From the NCBI RefSeq assembly GCF_009914755.1, contig NC_060947.1: DNA of 64,000 bases; one strand, 5' to 3'. Numbering within the stretch: the stretch's first letter is position 1; every line of letters starts with the position of its first letter. A program made the position numbers and the translations under genes. The notes under the pieces are model-generated. The model ran no database searches. It worked only from the letters and a program-made list of their open reading frames with translations, and was not told where the DNA came from. This document shows, piece after piece, positions 1-13,141 of the stretch. Source of the DNA: the human T2T-CHM13v2.0 reference genome, Homo sapiens.

Positions 1-466
1 TAGGGATTAAATTGTATAACTGATTACATCATATTTAATAAGTTTTATGAAATCCAGTTTGATTGAAAAGATATACCAGTGCCACTTAAAAATGAACAAC
101 ACTATATAAACCATAATAGGAGGTAAACATGAATGCAAACAGTCCAGAAGAAATGCAGCATCAGATTGTGAACAATTGAAAACTTGGACTTCCCATGCTT
201 GGCATGTGCCTTACTTCTGTCTCCTTTCTCATCATATGGAGAAGAATTAAGTTAAAGAAGGGAAACTGCATGGAAGGTGATGTCCTTATTCTTGTTCACT
301 TTGTGGTTATTATTCTTGCCCACTTCTGGTTTACCTTGCTCCTTGTAAGCACCTGCATAGCATTTTATGTTTTAGAAATTAAAATTGGACTTTGGGAATT
401 ATAGTTGGGAAATTATTTTCATCTTTCTTAACTTACTTGATCTTCATCAGAACCATATGATTTAGA

Positions 467-527
467 TAGTTATAGTAGTCGTTGTAGTAGTAGTAGTAGC
501 AGCAGCACTAATAGCAGCAGTAATGAT
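467..527. repeat. Imperfect (TAG)n/(CAG)n trinucleotide tract at the tail of a MIR
   Basis: tagtagtcgttgtagtagtagtagtagcagcagcactaatagcagcagtaat. Confidence 0.6.
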
Positions 528-745
528 ATAATCCTTATAAAGCACATTCTATATGCCAAACACTGTTTTAAGCACTTTACATATACTAAGTCAAACATCA
601 TATCAACCTTAAGGGTTAGGTTCTATTTATATTACTACTTTTAAAGATCATAAAGCCAAGTGATGGAATGGTCAAGCATCATGCCCAAGGGCATAGGACT
701 GGTGATTGGAGAGTCAGAATTCAAATCTAGGAAGTTTGATTCTTA
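525..745 (-). mobile_element. MIR SINE
   Basis: tatgccaaacactgttttaagcactttaca...catgcccaagggcata...gtcagaattcaaatctagg matches the reverse complement of the MIR consensus. Confidence 0.7.
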
Positions 746-964
746 ACCAGTTAATCACTTGGCCAAAATTATTTATTTGTTCATTTACTCAGGAATTATT
801 TGCCAAGTACATACTGTATGCCAGACATTCCTCAAGGCTTTGGAGATATAGCAATGAACAAACCATGTTGTTCTCCTCTTACAAGGTGCTTTCCTTCTTG
901 AAGGGAGAGATACAATAAGCAAAAAGGGAAATTTCAGTTAGTAATACATTATATAAGAAAAATA

Positions 965-1288
965 GGCCAGGCATGGTGGTTCGTACCTATAATCCCAACA
1001 CTTTGGGAGGCCGAGATGGGAGGATTGCTTGGGCTTAGGTGTTTGAGAGCCACTTGGGCAACACAGCAAGACTTTGTGGCTACAACAAAACAAAACAAAA
1101 CAAAACAAACGAAACAAAACTGGGCGTGGCAGCATGTGCCTGTAGTCTCAGCTACTCAGGAGGCTGAGGCGGGAGGATAACTTCAAAGCCCAGGGGTTTG
1201 AGTATGCTGTGGAAAATGATCACGCCACTGTACTCCAGCCTGGGCAACAGAACGAGCCCCTGTCTCAACATAAAAACAAAAAAAAAGA
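965..1288 (+). mobile_element. AluJ SINE with (CAAAA)n-expanded middle linker
   Basis: ggccaggcatggtgg...gggaggattgctt (J-type) ...ccactgtactccagcctgggcaacaga, followed by an A tail. Confidence 0.92.
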
Positions 1289-1707
1289 AGGTTGTGTGAA
1301 AGAGTGATGGGGGTGGAGCTACTTACTTATGTTTTTATTGAGGTATAACTCACAATTTAAAATTGCATATATTTAAGGTGTGCAAACTCATTATTTGATA
1401 TACACTTACATTGTGAAATAATCACCAAAAATAAGCTAATTAATATATCTATCACCTCACATAGTTGCCATTTGCTTGTGTGTGTATGGTGACAACACTT
1501 ATTGACCTAACCTTTTATCAAATGTCAATTATACAATACAGCATTAACTATTATATTGTTGTACATTCGATCTCCAGAACTTATTCACTTATTCATCCTG
1601 TGTAACTGAAACTTTGTACCCCTTGACCAACATACCCTATTTCCCTTTCTCACTGGCTCCAACACTATTCACAATAGCCAAGATGTGGAAACAACCTAAA
1701 TGTCCAT

Positions 1708-2040
1708 TGTATTAGTGTGTTTTCACACTACTATAAAGAACTACCTGAGACTTGGTAATTTATGGAGAAAAGATGTTTAATTGACCCACAGTTGTGCAGG
1801 CTTAACAGGAAACATGACTGGGAGGCCTCAAGAAACTTACAGTCATGGCAGAAGGTGAAGGGGAGGCAAGCATGTTTTACCATGGAGGAACAGGAGAGAG
1901 AGAGAGAAAGGGAGAAGTGCCACACACTTTCAGACAGCCAGATGTAATGAGATCTCACTCACTATCATGCAAACAGCAAGGGGGAAATCTGCCCCCATGA
2001 TCCAACCACCTCCCACCACATCCCTCCCCCAACACTGAGA
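1708..2040 (-). mobile_element. MSTA-type MaLR LTR, truncated at its 5' end
   Basis: tgtattag...ctataaagaactacctgagac...aaacttacagtcatggcagaaggtgaagggg...aaatctgcccccatgatccaaccacctcccacc. Confidence 0.88.
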
Positions 2041-2076
2041 CACACACGTGCGCGCACACACACACATACACACACA
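2040..2076. repeat. Interrupted (CA)n/(CG)n alternating purine-pyrimidine microsatellite
   Basis: cacacacgtgcgcgcacacacacacatacacacaca. Confidence 0.85.
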
Positions 2077-2774
2077 GGCATACTATTTAGCCTTATAAAA
2101 GAATGAAATTTTGTCATTTTCAACAATATGAACATGAACTTGTAGGCCATTATGCTAAGTGAAATAAGCCAACCACAGAACAACAAATACCACATGATCT
2201 CACTTATAAAGGGTGGAGCTGCTTTTGGCTATAATCTGGGAAGTCCTTTCTGAAGAGAAGATAATTGGAGGAGGCTGAAACATTTACAAGAGGAATGAAA
2301 CAGCCATGTAGACAGAGTTCATCATAAAGTAAGAATAGCATTAGTTCAAAGGTGATAATGACTAAAATCATAGCAGAAAAGAGAAGAAGAGAGTGTGGCT
2401 AGAATGTAGAGAATGAGGGGGAGAGTGCAGAACATGAGTTCAGAGGTCCCAAAGGGGTTTGGTTCCATAGAAGGATTTTGGATTTTGCTCCAAGCAAAAT
2501 GAAAACTCATGGAAGACTTTTGAGCAAGAAAGCATTAGAGTCGGATTTAAATTTAAAATGGCAATTTCTGGCTGTTTTGTAAAGAGAGAACTTCGCCCAG
2601 TTAAAAGTGGAAGCAGAAAGACCCACTAGTAAGAAGTGAATGGATTTGGGGCATACTTTGGACTCACAGACAGTAAGGAGAGAACCTGGATGATAAATCA
2701 GGTTGTCTACTCCTCAAAAACTAGTTTCAATTTTAACACGAAGAAAATTAATATTTTAATTGCTGAGTGTGGGT

Positions 2775-2912
2775 AAGGAAGGAAAGAAATGTGCAGGAGA
2801 CAGATAGGAGAGACAGAGAGAGAGAGGCGGGGCCAGAGAGAAAAGAAGGAAGAGTAAAGAAAGGGAAGGTGAGGGAAAGGAGGAGAAGGGAAGGGAAGAA
2901 AGGAAAGAGAAA
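2775..2912. repeat. GA-rich low-complexity polypurine tract
   Basis: Nearly pure A/G run (ggagagacagagagagagagg...gggaaggtgagggaaaggaggagaagggaagggaagaaaggaaagag). Confidence 0.8.
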
Positions 2913-3875
2913 ACATTTAGAATATAAATCTCTGAGGAATGTCTTTCAAGTGAATTGCCACAGTTGAGAACTTTAAGCAGTAGAAAGTCTCTGGAATTGG
3001 GGAAGCAAATATTCCGTGTTTCAGAATACTAGGAGACCAAGTTAGCCGAGAAATTCTTCTCAAGATAGACTAAGGACCAGATAGACTCTAGGTGGCTTCT
3101 AAAGTGAGAGACAGAATATCATTGTTGATGTTTATAAAAGTGGCCTCCCTTTTATCCTTACAACTGACATGCTCCCCTAAATTGATAAGCATTACAGAAT
3201 TTAGTCAACTGAATGTATTTTTATTCTTTTGCTTCTTCAATAGAGAGTTATTTAGCAGAGTCTTGCCCCTTTCCTTTAAATGGGGATGTGTTTAAGCGAA
3301 GCATATGTCTCTTGTGCATCTTAGCCAGTCTAGCGTGCTGTGAAAGCCTGATAAATGTTCAATCACTCTAACGACCTAAGACTTCTTCCTGAATGTCCTG
3401 AGGCTTGTCTCTTGGGTGTAAAGCCTACATTGTTCTGGGAAGTAGTCACAGTAATGGTTTGGTCAATTAGTGTAAGTATTAGCTGTGACTAGATCCAAAT
3501 GATAAAACTGTGTTTTTAAGCATTCTGAATGTAAGGCACAATATATCTAAAACCTCTTTGTAGATTAAATCAAGTTATAGCCAACATTTCATCAAGCTCC
3601 ATTTAACAAAGTGTGCCAAGAATCTTAGGATCACTCTCTCTCAACTTTCTTTCTCCTTCACATCCTGTCTCCTGTTAAAACCTGCTCTAAAGAAAAGACT
3701 TGAAAGTAATTTGCAAAAGTATAAATGTCTAATAAGCCTTCAGATACTTATTTACTCCTTCAAATACATTTTCATTTCAACAGGAAATAAGAAGTCTCGA
3801 AGGAAAAGAATGACACTCCAGTTACAAAATTTGCCCATCAATGAAAGGGGCAGAACAAATAAATCGAATGTTTAC

Positions 3876-4245
3876 TGTATTAATCAAGATTCTGCAGAAA
3901 AACAGAACCAATAGAATATTGATTTATTATTTACTTGCTCATTTATTATAAACACTTGGCTCACGCAATTATGGAGGCTGAAAAGTCTAAATCTACAATG
4001 TGGTCTTGCAGACTAGAGATCCAGGAGAGGTGGTGGTAATGAAGTTCCAGTGTAAAGGTAGTCTGCTTGAGAATTCACTCTTGCTTGGGGAGGCCATTCT
4101 TTCTGTTCTAGTCAGGCCTCCATTTTATTAGATGGTGCCCACCTGCATTAGACAGGGCAATCTGCTTTCCCCGAAGTTCACTGGTTTTAATGTTAATCTC
4201 ATCCACAAACATCCTCCAAGTTGACACATAAAATTAACCATCACA
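3876..4245 (-). mobile_element. MLT2 (C/D-like) ERVL solo LTR
   Basis: tgtattaatcaagattctgcagaaaaacagaaccaatag...caagttgacacataaaattaaccatcaca; 5-bp TSD tttac/tctac. Confidence 0.88.
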
Positions 4246-4709
4246 TCTACCTTTGATAAGAACTGTTGAAAATATGGTTCTATCTGCTTACTTCTCCCAT
4301 GGGTTGTGTTCCTCATTATATTTGATTGTCTTTTGTTTGGAATTCTGTTCAAAACCAACATGATACATATATGAAATGTTATGTTCAAAACAAAAAACAT
4401 ACATATTTGATATGTTATGTTTCCTGCTGTCAATATGTAGATATAGTAAAGAACATACCGGGGATAACTGACCATGTTCAAATTCACAAACGTATGTATT
4501 AAGCCCTTATTATAGGATAAGGATTGCAGGTGAAAACACAAATAGGTAAACCATAGACTTACTCTCACACACTCTTGGGGTGAGGAGTAATATAAGTATA
4601 TAAATTATTATATGTAAGGTAGAATAACAATACTATCATAAAATTAGTATATGCATGATTTTTGAGGATTTAAAGAAAAGAGACATGATATCCCATTGAG
4701 AGAATGTAT

Positions 4710-5320
4710 CCATTTCTTTCTTCCTTCATAAAATAAATATGCATGAAGTTCTACTATAGCTAAAGCACTATTTTAGGTGATGGTGATACAGCAGTAAAAA
4801 AAAAAAAAAAAATCCCTGCCCTCATGGAATTCCCCTCCTAGGAGGGAAGACAGACAGGCACCCAACATGAAAACAAATCAGTAGAGTGGTTTTAGGTCCT
4901 GATAATATTTCAGAGAGTGATAAATAAAACTTTAAAATTAAAATAACCAAAGAGAAGGTGATGGGTTACTATTTAAGTTAGGAAGGCCAGGGTTTTGTTA
5001 TTGTTTTTGTTTTTTGAGTCAGGTTCTCGCTCTGTCACCCAGGCTAGAGTGCAGTGGCAGGATCATGGCTCACTGTAGCCTCAAACTCCTGGCCTCAAGC
5101 AATCCCCACGCTTTGGCCTGCTCAAAGTGCTAGGATTACAGGAATGAGTCAGAGCATCCAGCTCCTTTCTAAAGAATGGCATTTGAATGGACACCTGAAT
5201 AAAGAAAGGAAGTTATCCATGCTTTTGTCTAAGGGAAAAGCATCCCAATAAATGGGAATCACAAATGTAAAGCCTCTCAGGAAAAAAAAAATGGGTTTGG
5301 AGTGTCCAGGAAAATCTTCA
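4710..5320 (-). mobile_element. L2a fragment interrupted by a FRAM/Alu monomer
   Basis: gcactattttaggtgatggtgatacagcagt...aatccctgccctcatggaa...; resumes with gcatttgaatggacacctgaataaagaaagg. Confidence 0.7.
4994..5163 (-). mobile_element. FRAM/FAM Alu monomer
   Basis: T tail, then gagtcaggttctcgctctgtcacccaggctagagtgcagtggc...caaagtgctaggattacagg; a single arm of about 170 bp. Confidence 0.85.
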
Positions 5321-5989
5321 TGAGGGGTGGGATTTACAAAGAAGCTTAAAGAAGAGGTGAGATTTTTTGCAAGTAAAAATGGGAGTGAGAAAGTGGTGTT
5401 TATTTAGAAATATAAAATCTTCTATGAAGAGTATTGGTTATATGTATTTATATGACCCTATAATATTAATTGTAATATTTTATTTCCTAAGTGCTTTTAT
5501 TTCTCCTCTGTTTTGTGCAATGAATAATTCAAGACATTATGAAATAAATATGAGTGTTGGTCTCATCCTTCTGAAAGTAAAAGACTGAGGTGGACAGGTC
5601 TACTATCCAGAGTATGTGCAATCTAATGGAAAGAGCTCTTTCCTCAAAGAGTTTTGTTCTCTAATTTCACAATGAGATCCACATAAATAGCTTTTGCACG
5701 CCTCAATAGAAGGTTATTTCTATCTGTCATTCACACTAAAGTGAGAATAATTTTGATCAGGTAGTTGAATAATTTCTTTGTATACTCACATAACCTCAGG
5801 TAATCAGAAGGAGACTTAAAAGTCACCTCAGCCAAGCACCTCCTGATGCTTTTGTCCCCACCAAGTGATTGCCTATGTTACCGAACACAACTAATGTTCT
5901 CTCTGAGACGTCCCATCCCATCATTGGTCAGCTTAGATAAATCATTCTTTTTGTAGCACCTATCCATTGGTCTAATACCTATACCTCTA

Positions 5990-6465
5990 TGTCAGGATTC
6001 TTAGTCACAGATAATAAAATCCACCCTAGGTAGCTTAAATATAAAGGGATTTATTACAGCTTGTTAGATAGCTTACAGAATGTTTGACAGTGTGGGAGAT
6101 CAAAGATTGGGTAATACACAGCCAGTAACAAGAAATTCTCAACCAAACTGTAGGGCTACTCTAGCAGAAATTCCACTAACACGAATGCCCACTATTCAGC
6201 ATCTGTGATTTCAGACAGTAAAAAGTAGAATCTCTGCCACATTTTCCCTTGAAGATTCTAACTCTTTATTCACAGTCACCACTTCTCTCTCAAATTTAAT
6301 GGGCAAGTATATCTGTTTGGTGAAGCCTAGATCACATACAGAAGCTTAGACATAAGGGAATCTGGTCAATGCAGTTTTGTGATTGCAAGACTCTTACTAG
6401 TGAAAAATATGGTAGAAGAGGATTGGGAAGGATATGGAATGAGCCAATCTGTAATATTTGTCATA
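5990..6465 (-). mobile_element. Old MLT1 (K-N-like) MaLR LTR
   Basis: gtcaggattcttagtcacagataataaaatccacccta...aagggatttatt...gaagcctagatcacata...gagccaatctgtaatatttgtcata. Confidence 0.55.
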
Positions 6466-6769
6466 TTTCCTCTCTGAGATTTCTTGAAATTAAACAGCTT
6501 CAGTTCCTTCAAATGTTGGAGGCTGTTGAGATTTAAGTCGGTTTGCCATCCTGGTACTTCTTCTCTGAGAACACCACTATTTGAATATCTCCTTCAAAAT
6601 GTCATACCAAGAACATGATAAATTTTTCAGGTATATTTTGACCTGTGAAAAATGGAGCAGTCCTACTACCTCTTCAAGACACTGAACATCTATTGATATA
6701 GCCTCCAAATGCTGTTGATTTATGGAGCTTATTGTGTAGGACAGCAAGTCCTTTTCACATGTCTTACTG

Positions 6770-7079
<310 letters not shown>

Positions 7080-7424
7080 ATCTCACTGTTTTTAAGATAA
7101 GTCATCCCAAAACTGTGCTACTATACTTGTAGGGCTAGTTTTATACACAAAGGTAGAATGTTGAAATGTATCACTATTAAATTTCATGTTGTTAAAAATC
7201 AGAATTCAAAACCTGGTATCAAGAGGCTAAAAATATGGACAAAATATATTTTCCAATATAAATCATTATCTCTCCTGGTTTGTATCTACTAATGGCTTGA
7301 TAAGCATTTCAAACTATATTCTCACTCAATTAATTAATATGATTAATATGACAAGGTAGAAGACAGAGACCTATCAGAGATGAGTTAACACTGATATATT
7401 AATTAGAATAAATTCTGTTTAACT

Positions 7425-7426
<2 letters not shown>

Positions 7427-7467
<41 letters not shown>
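7427..7467. repeat. Perfect (CA)n microsatellite, about 20 units
   Basis: Uninterrupted acacac run. Confidence 0.95.
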
Positions 7468-7469
<2 letters not shown>

Positions 7470-7524
7470 TGTTGTCTGGTCCCAATTTATTCATCTTATA
7501 CATAGTATACTAGGAAAGACTTTG

Positions 7525-7941
7525 AGTGCTAGTTTTTTTGTGGTGCTATAAAGAAACACCTGAGGCTGGGTAATTTATAAAGAAAAGAGGTTTAACTGGC
7601 TCACAGTTCTGCAAGTTGTCACTAAGCATGGCACCAGTGTCTGCTTGGCTTATGGTGAGGCCCAGGAAGCTTTCAATCATGGCAGAAGGCAAAGGAGGAT
7701 CCAACAAATCACATGGCAAGAAAGGGAGCAAGAGAGAGCAGGAAGGTGGCACATTCTTAAACAACCAGATCTCACATGGACTCAGAGCAAGAACTCACTC
7801 ATTATCACAAGGGTAGCACCAAGCCATTCATGAGGAATCTGCCCACCATGACCCAAACACCTCCCACTAGGCCTACCTCCAACATTGGAGGTCACATTTC
7901 AATATGATATTTGGATGGGACAGAACATCCAAACCATATCA
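7525..7941 (-). mobile_element. MSTB MaLR solo LTR
   Basis: gctataaagaaacacctgaggctgggtaatttataaagaaaagagg...catccaaaccatatca; perfect 5-bp TSD ctttg (7520, 7942). Confidence 0.92.
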
Positions 7942-10900
7942 CTTTGTAAAATGCCACATAAAAATCCAGTTACATCATTTTCACAGAATACCCTTTATCT
8001 ACCAGACTGATGAATTTCAACATAATTCATCTCATCATCCTACCCACATAATAGATCTGACTCCTGATTCTCATATGTCTGACAAAAGGTCGTTTCTCCT
8101 TTAGGTCACTCAGGAATGTTAAACCGTCTTTGAGACCTTTAATTTCCTCTCACCATGATTAATTAATCACTAAGCTGGTTGTTTTTCTTCCATTATAATG
8201 CTCTGGTGTCTCCATTTTGTACTTTCACCACCTTAATCTGGGCCTGTATCATTTCAGACATGGGCTGCTGCGAAAATTTAGCTGATTTCCCTCATTGTTT
8301 TATTTGGTGACATCGTGAAGAATAACTTCCTTTTGTTCTTGTGATCCCCATTTAAAATGCAATCACCCATCTCCTCTGTACACATTTATTAGAGATTCTT
8401 GAGGGCAGTTTCTTTCAACCTGTTTGTAAGCAACTTAAAAGCAAATATTATGGTATCAGCTCCCACAATTATTGTTCACAGAAATATTATTTAACAGCAG
8501 TTAACTAGAGCTTGAACCCATTGAATCAATTCACTTATTAAATGTAGGTACGGAATATTTTTGTAGCACTTATGTGAAGATGAATATATGCAACTGTTTT
8601 GAACCAAGAGCAGCGATACCACATTGAATTCATTTGGGTGGTCTTGTGGTAAAGCTTTAAGAATTTGTCATTTGACAATCTTCCAAATGTATTGGCTGCT
8701 ACTGCAGGCAGAAATCTATTGGCAGATAAAATGCCCCAAGTGTTTCACTTGCAGTGTTTGGCTGAATCACATTTGGCAGTAAAATCTATTCAGAGACCTC
8801 AGAGACTCATTAAAACCAGATAACGTTGAAACATAGCAAAATGGTTTCTATTTGGACCATAGTGCCAACTTAATAGATGTGTGAAAAATAAAAGAATTAA
8901 GTAGTTTCTTGTAAGAACATACATCTAACTAGCCAAGTCCTGAAATCAGTCAATATGTGTATATGTATTAGGTCAATGGCAGTTGACCTACATGGGTGAT
9001 AAGAGAGAGATGCCTAAGAGCACACTATATATGTGCTAGAGTATTGAAAATAAATTACCTAGCATTAAAGTTAAGGTATTAGTACATAAATATGCTTCAT
9101 TTGTATGACACAAAAAAGAATAGTCAGTCTATGGGAGAACCACTTACTAATGGGGGCATAGCTCAGTGGTTCCCAATCCTATATATGATACACATTTATC
9201 TCAACTCTTAAAGCAGTTAAAAAGTTTTTCTAGTCACTAGAATAATTCATTGTCATTATAGAGCATTTGGAAGATGCAGAAGTACAAAAGAAAAAATACC
9301 ATTACCTGGAATCCTGCCACTCAGATTTTACTCCTATTACCATTTGGAAAACTATATAGAATTTTAATATATTTTTATATATAGGTATCTTAATGTGCAT
9401 ATTGTCAAAAGAAATGTTTTCTACTAAAATAAAATAGTTCTTCATTTTCTTGTCATTGATGCTTTCAAATGAACATCCATATGTTAATTCTTACCAACTT
9501 TAATCTTTTTGTTGATTTTTATCCATGCTCTAACAGGGAAAATCAAGAATGTATGTATTGTTAAGATAACTAACTGATGCTTGTTTTAGAAGTTGTGCTA
9601 GCTATTCTGAAGATCCTTTCTAAAAGACCTCACTGAAGGCATAATAACCTCCAGTAAAATGTAAAGCAATTTGGTAACTGTCAACAAGTGTCAAATAGGT
9701 CCCTTGCAGGGAAGGCTGAGTATCTTACTTCTTGGGAACCTCTCTGGTAAGGAATATTGAACACTGTGAATACTGCTTGCCTGGTAATCAGGACATCAGA
9801 GCTCTAATTCTGACTCTGCCACTGAATTGCCACTAATCTTATTTTCTGATATATGGAATGGGGGTGGCAGGAAAGTGAACATATTTTAAATTATCTGAAA
9901 ATTTACTGTGGATCTATTCTGATTTAGACAGAAGACATAGGTAATCAATGTATTATATATTGGATGTTAAATGACTGAACAGCATCTTCATCTCAGAAAG
10001 GTTAAGCAGTTATAGATATAGCATTAAATTAATTGGAAATGTGGGAAAAGGTAGAGGAAAAACAAATTGTGTCAACTCTCCTAAAATGCTTTTCAGAAAA
10101 AAAAAGAAAAAAGCACAATAAGGAAGTCTCCTTGACAAGTATAAATATTTGAAAATAGTCATTAAATAATACTGTCATTGATTTGTTGAGTTTGGAGTCT
10201 TGACTCACTGTTGGCTCCTTCCTATCATAATATTCAGTTTTCTTTGCCCATTTATTATTTATTCTAATCATGAAGCAGTGGAGTGACATAGGTCCATGGT
10301 AAATACCAAAGGAAGTCTCAAGCCAGGTTCATTATACTAACGTCTTGAAATATATTATTATGTGCCGTACTTATATTCTTATTAAAGTAGTTAGGGTTAA
10401 TCTTTCCTGAATGCATGGACTATTAATTTCTTTTAAAATGGACTGGGGGAACAATTGTATATGTGTATTAGTAAGGTTTACTAATGAGATGGTCTGTTTT
10501 CATTTTTTGGCTCAATTTTAGTGATTCAAGGTTGGAGAATCACTTAGCTATGTGGCTCTTCAAGACCTACAGCTCACAGAGCAGATTATGAATGATACAA
10601 AAGAGTAGAGCTCTGACAAGGCCTCACAGTGATAAAGTACTGGGGGCAGAGACACGCAAAAACCTATGAATCTCAAATTTCTGCCATGGAACTCTCTAAG
10701 TTTTCAACACTAATCATAGCCACACTTTAAAAATAAGATAAAGAAGCTCCACTTTCCCAGTCACTGGTTTCTTTCCTCTGCACTGTTCTTGCGTTTGCCT
10801 TTATTGACGTGGTATCTCTTCCCTCTATTCGTATTGTTCCCTGGTTGGCTTTGACCACTTAGAGGGCAAAATCAGCAAAAAATTTTTGAGAGTCTGAGAA

Positions 10901-13141
10901 GATAGGAGAACTGTGAAGGAATTGGAGATTTTGCTTGTGAAGTACTGGCCTGTTGTTCCTTGTTACTAACAACAGGAAACTGAAAAAAAGAGATTGTCAG
11001 ATAAAGGGAAGAGTGAAAGAAAGGAAACATCAAGTATCTTTTCTCTTCTCAGGGATAGGTGGATGGGGGGCACTCACTGAAAGCCATGGGGGAAATATGA
11101 AGAGAAGTGACAAAACATTGTCACAGGAGGGATGGAGCAGGATGGCAGAGTAGCAGGCTCCACCAATCATCACCACTACAGGAACACAAAATATAACAAC
11201 TCTCTACACCAAAAAAAGCACCTTCATAAGAACCAAAAATCAGATGAGCACTCACAGTACCTGGTTTTAACTTTATATCACTGACAGATGCACTAAAAAG
11301 GGTAGAAAAGACAGTCTTGAATCACGACACCATCCCTCCCCACCCCTCTGGCAGTGGCCACGTGGTGTAGAGAGAGAATCTGTGCATTTAGGAGAAGGAG
11401 AGTGCAGCGATTATGAAACTTTGCATTGAACTCAGTGCCACTCTGTCACAGCAGAAAGCAAAACCTGGCGGAACTCAGCTGACACCCACCCATGGAGGGA
11501 ACATTTAAACCAGCCCTAGCCACAAGGAATCACCTATCACAGTGGTTATAACTGGAGTTCTGGCAAACCACGCCACCATGGGTTAAAGTATTTTGGGGTC
11601 CTACATAAAGTTGAAAGGCAATCTAAGACACAAAAACCGTAACTCCAAGGACAGTCCTAGTGCTGAACTTGGCTCAGAGCCAGTGGACTTGAGGGACACA
11701 TGACCTACTGAGATACAGTCAGAGCAGCTAAGGGAGTGCTTGCAACAGCCCTCCCCCAACTCCAGGCCACAAAGCTTGTGGCTTCAAAAGAGATCATTTC
11801 CTTCCATTTGAGGAGAGGAGAGGAAATATTAAAGAGTACTTTGTCTTGCAAAGGATTCCAGCTCAGCCACAGTAGGATAGGGCACCAGTCAGAGTTATCA
11901 GGCACACTTTCCAGGCCCTGACTCCCAGATGACATTTCTAGACACACCCTGGCTGAAAGAGAACCCAATGTCTTGAAGGGAAGGACCCAGTCCTGGGAGG
12001 ATCCATCACCTGCTGACTAAAGAGCCCTTGGGCCCTGAATAACTAGCAGTGACACCTAGGTAGTATGCCATGGGCCTCAGGTGAGACGCTCAGACTTGCT
12101 GGCTTCAGGTGAGACTCAGCATATTCCCTGCCTAGCTGTGGTGGCTAAGGGGAGAGACTCCTTCTGATTGAGAAAAGTGGAGGGAAAAGTAAAGGGGACT
12201 TCTTGCACCTTAGGTACCAGCTCAGCCACAGGGGAGTGCAGCACCAGGCTGGCTCTCTGGATCCTCAATTCCAGGCTTTGGCGCTTGGATGGCATTTCTA
12301 GACCTCCCCTCTGGACCTCTGGGAGAGAGGGAAGCTCACTGCACTGAATAGTGAGTCTCAGGCCAGGCAGCATTCACCATAAGCTGACTGAAGAGCCCCT
12401 GGGCTTTAAGGGAACATTGGTGGGTAGCCTGGGAGTAATCCCCATGGGCCTGTGGTAGTGGTGGCCACAGTGAGAGACTCCTCTGCCTGTGGAAAGGAAG
12501 ACTGGGAAGAACAGCATCTTGTTTCAGTGCCACCTCAGCTGCAATACGACAGAACACCAGGTAGACCTCTAAAGTATTTTTCTCCAGTCCCTGGCTCCTG
12601 TACAGCACCTCTGAACCTGCTTGGGGCCTGGGAGAAGTCACTGCCTTGAAGGGAAGGAAACAAACCTGGATGCCTTCACCATCTCATGATTGTAGAGCCC
12701 CAAGGGCCTTAAGTGAACATAGGCAGTAGCCAGGTAGTGGTTACAGTGAGCCTTGGGTGAGACCCAGTGCTATGCTGGCTTCAGGTCTGATCCAATGCAG
12801 TTCTAGTGGTAGAGGCAACTGGGATGCTTGTTCACTCCATACTCAGCTCCAGGTGGCTCAGAAAAGAGAGAGACTCTATTTGCTTGGGAGAAAGTAAGGG
12901 AAGAGAACATGAGTCTCTGCCTGGTAATCCAGAGAATTCTTCCAAATCTTGTCCAAGACCATCAAGGCAGTACCTCTATCAGTATGCAAGAATGACAGCA
13001 TTACTGGTCTTGAGATCCTAAAGCAGATACAGCTTAGATCACAACATCCATGTTATTTCAAATATTTGGGAAGCCTTCTGAAGAAGAAAGAGTACAAACC
13101 AGCCCAGACTGTGAAAACTACAATAAATACTTAACTCTTCA

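Larger units (their letters stand above)
1325..2210 (-). mobile_element. 5'-inverted (twin-primed) L1MA 3'-end insertion
   Basis: Antisense L1MA 3' UTR at 1325-1660, sense L1 pieces at 1661-1707 and 2077-2208; flanking direct repeat gggtggagct(a/g)ctt at 1311 and 2211. Confidence 0.8.
770..2710 (-). mobile_element. L2a LINE 3' portion, interrupted by an AluJ and an inverted L1MA/MSTA insertion
   Basis: L2 3' end at 770-960 (tactgtatgccagacattcctcaaggctttggagatatagcaatgaacaa); resumes 2211-2710 (gaaggattttggattttgctcc...ggaagacttttgagcaag...ctggctgttttg). Confidence 0.7.

Noticed and set aside
9530-9600. Possible 14-nt micro-exon (ctaacag|GGAAAATCAAGAAT|gtatgt) and a nearby second acceptor
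   Set aside because: The length is not a multiple of 3, the following intron would be only about 40 nt, and there is no supporting context.
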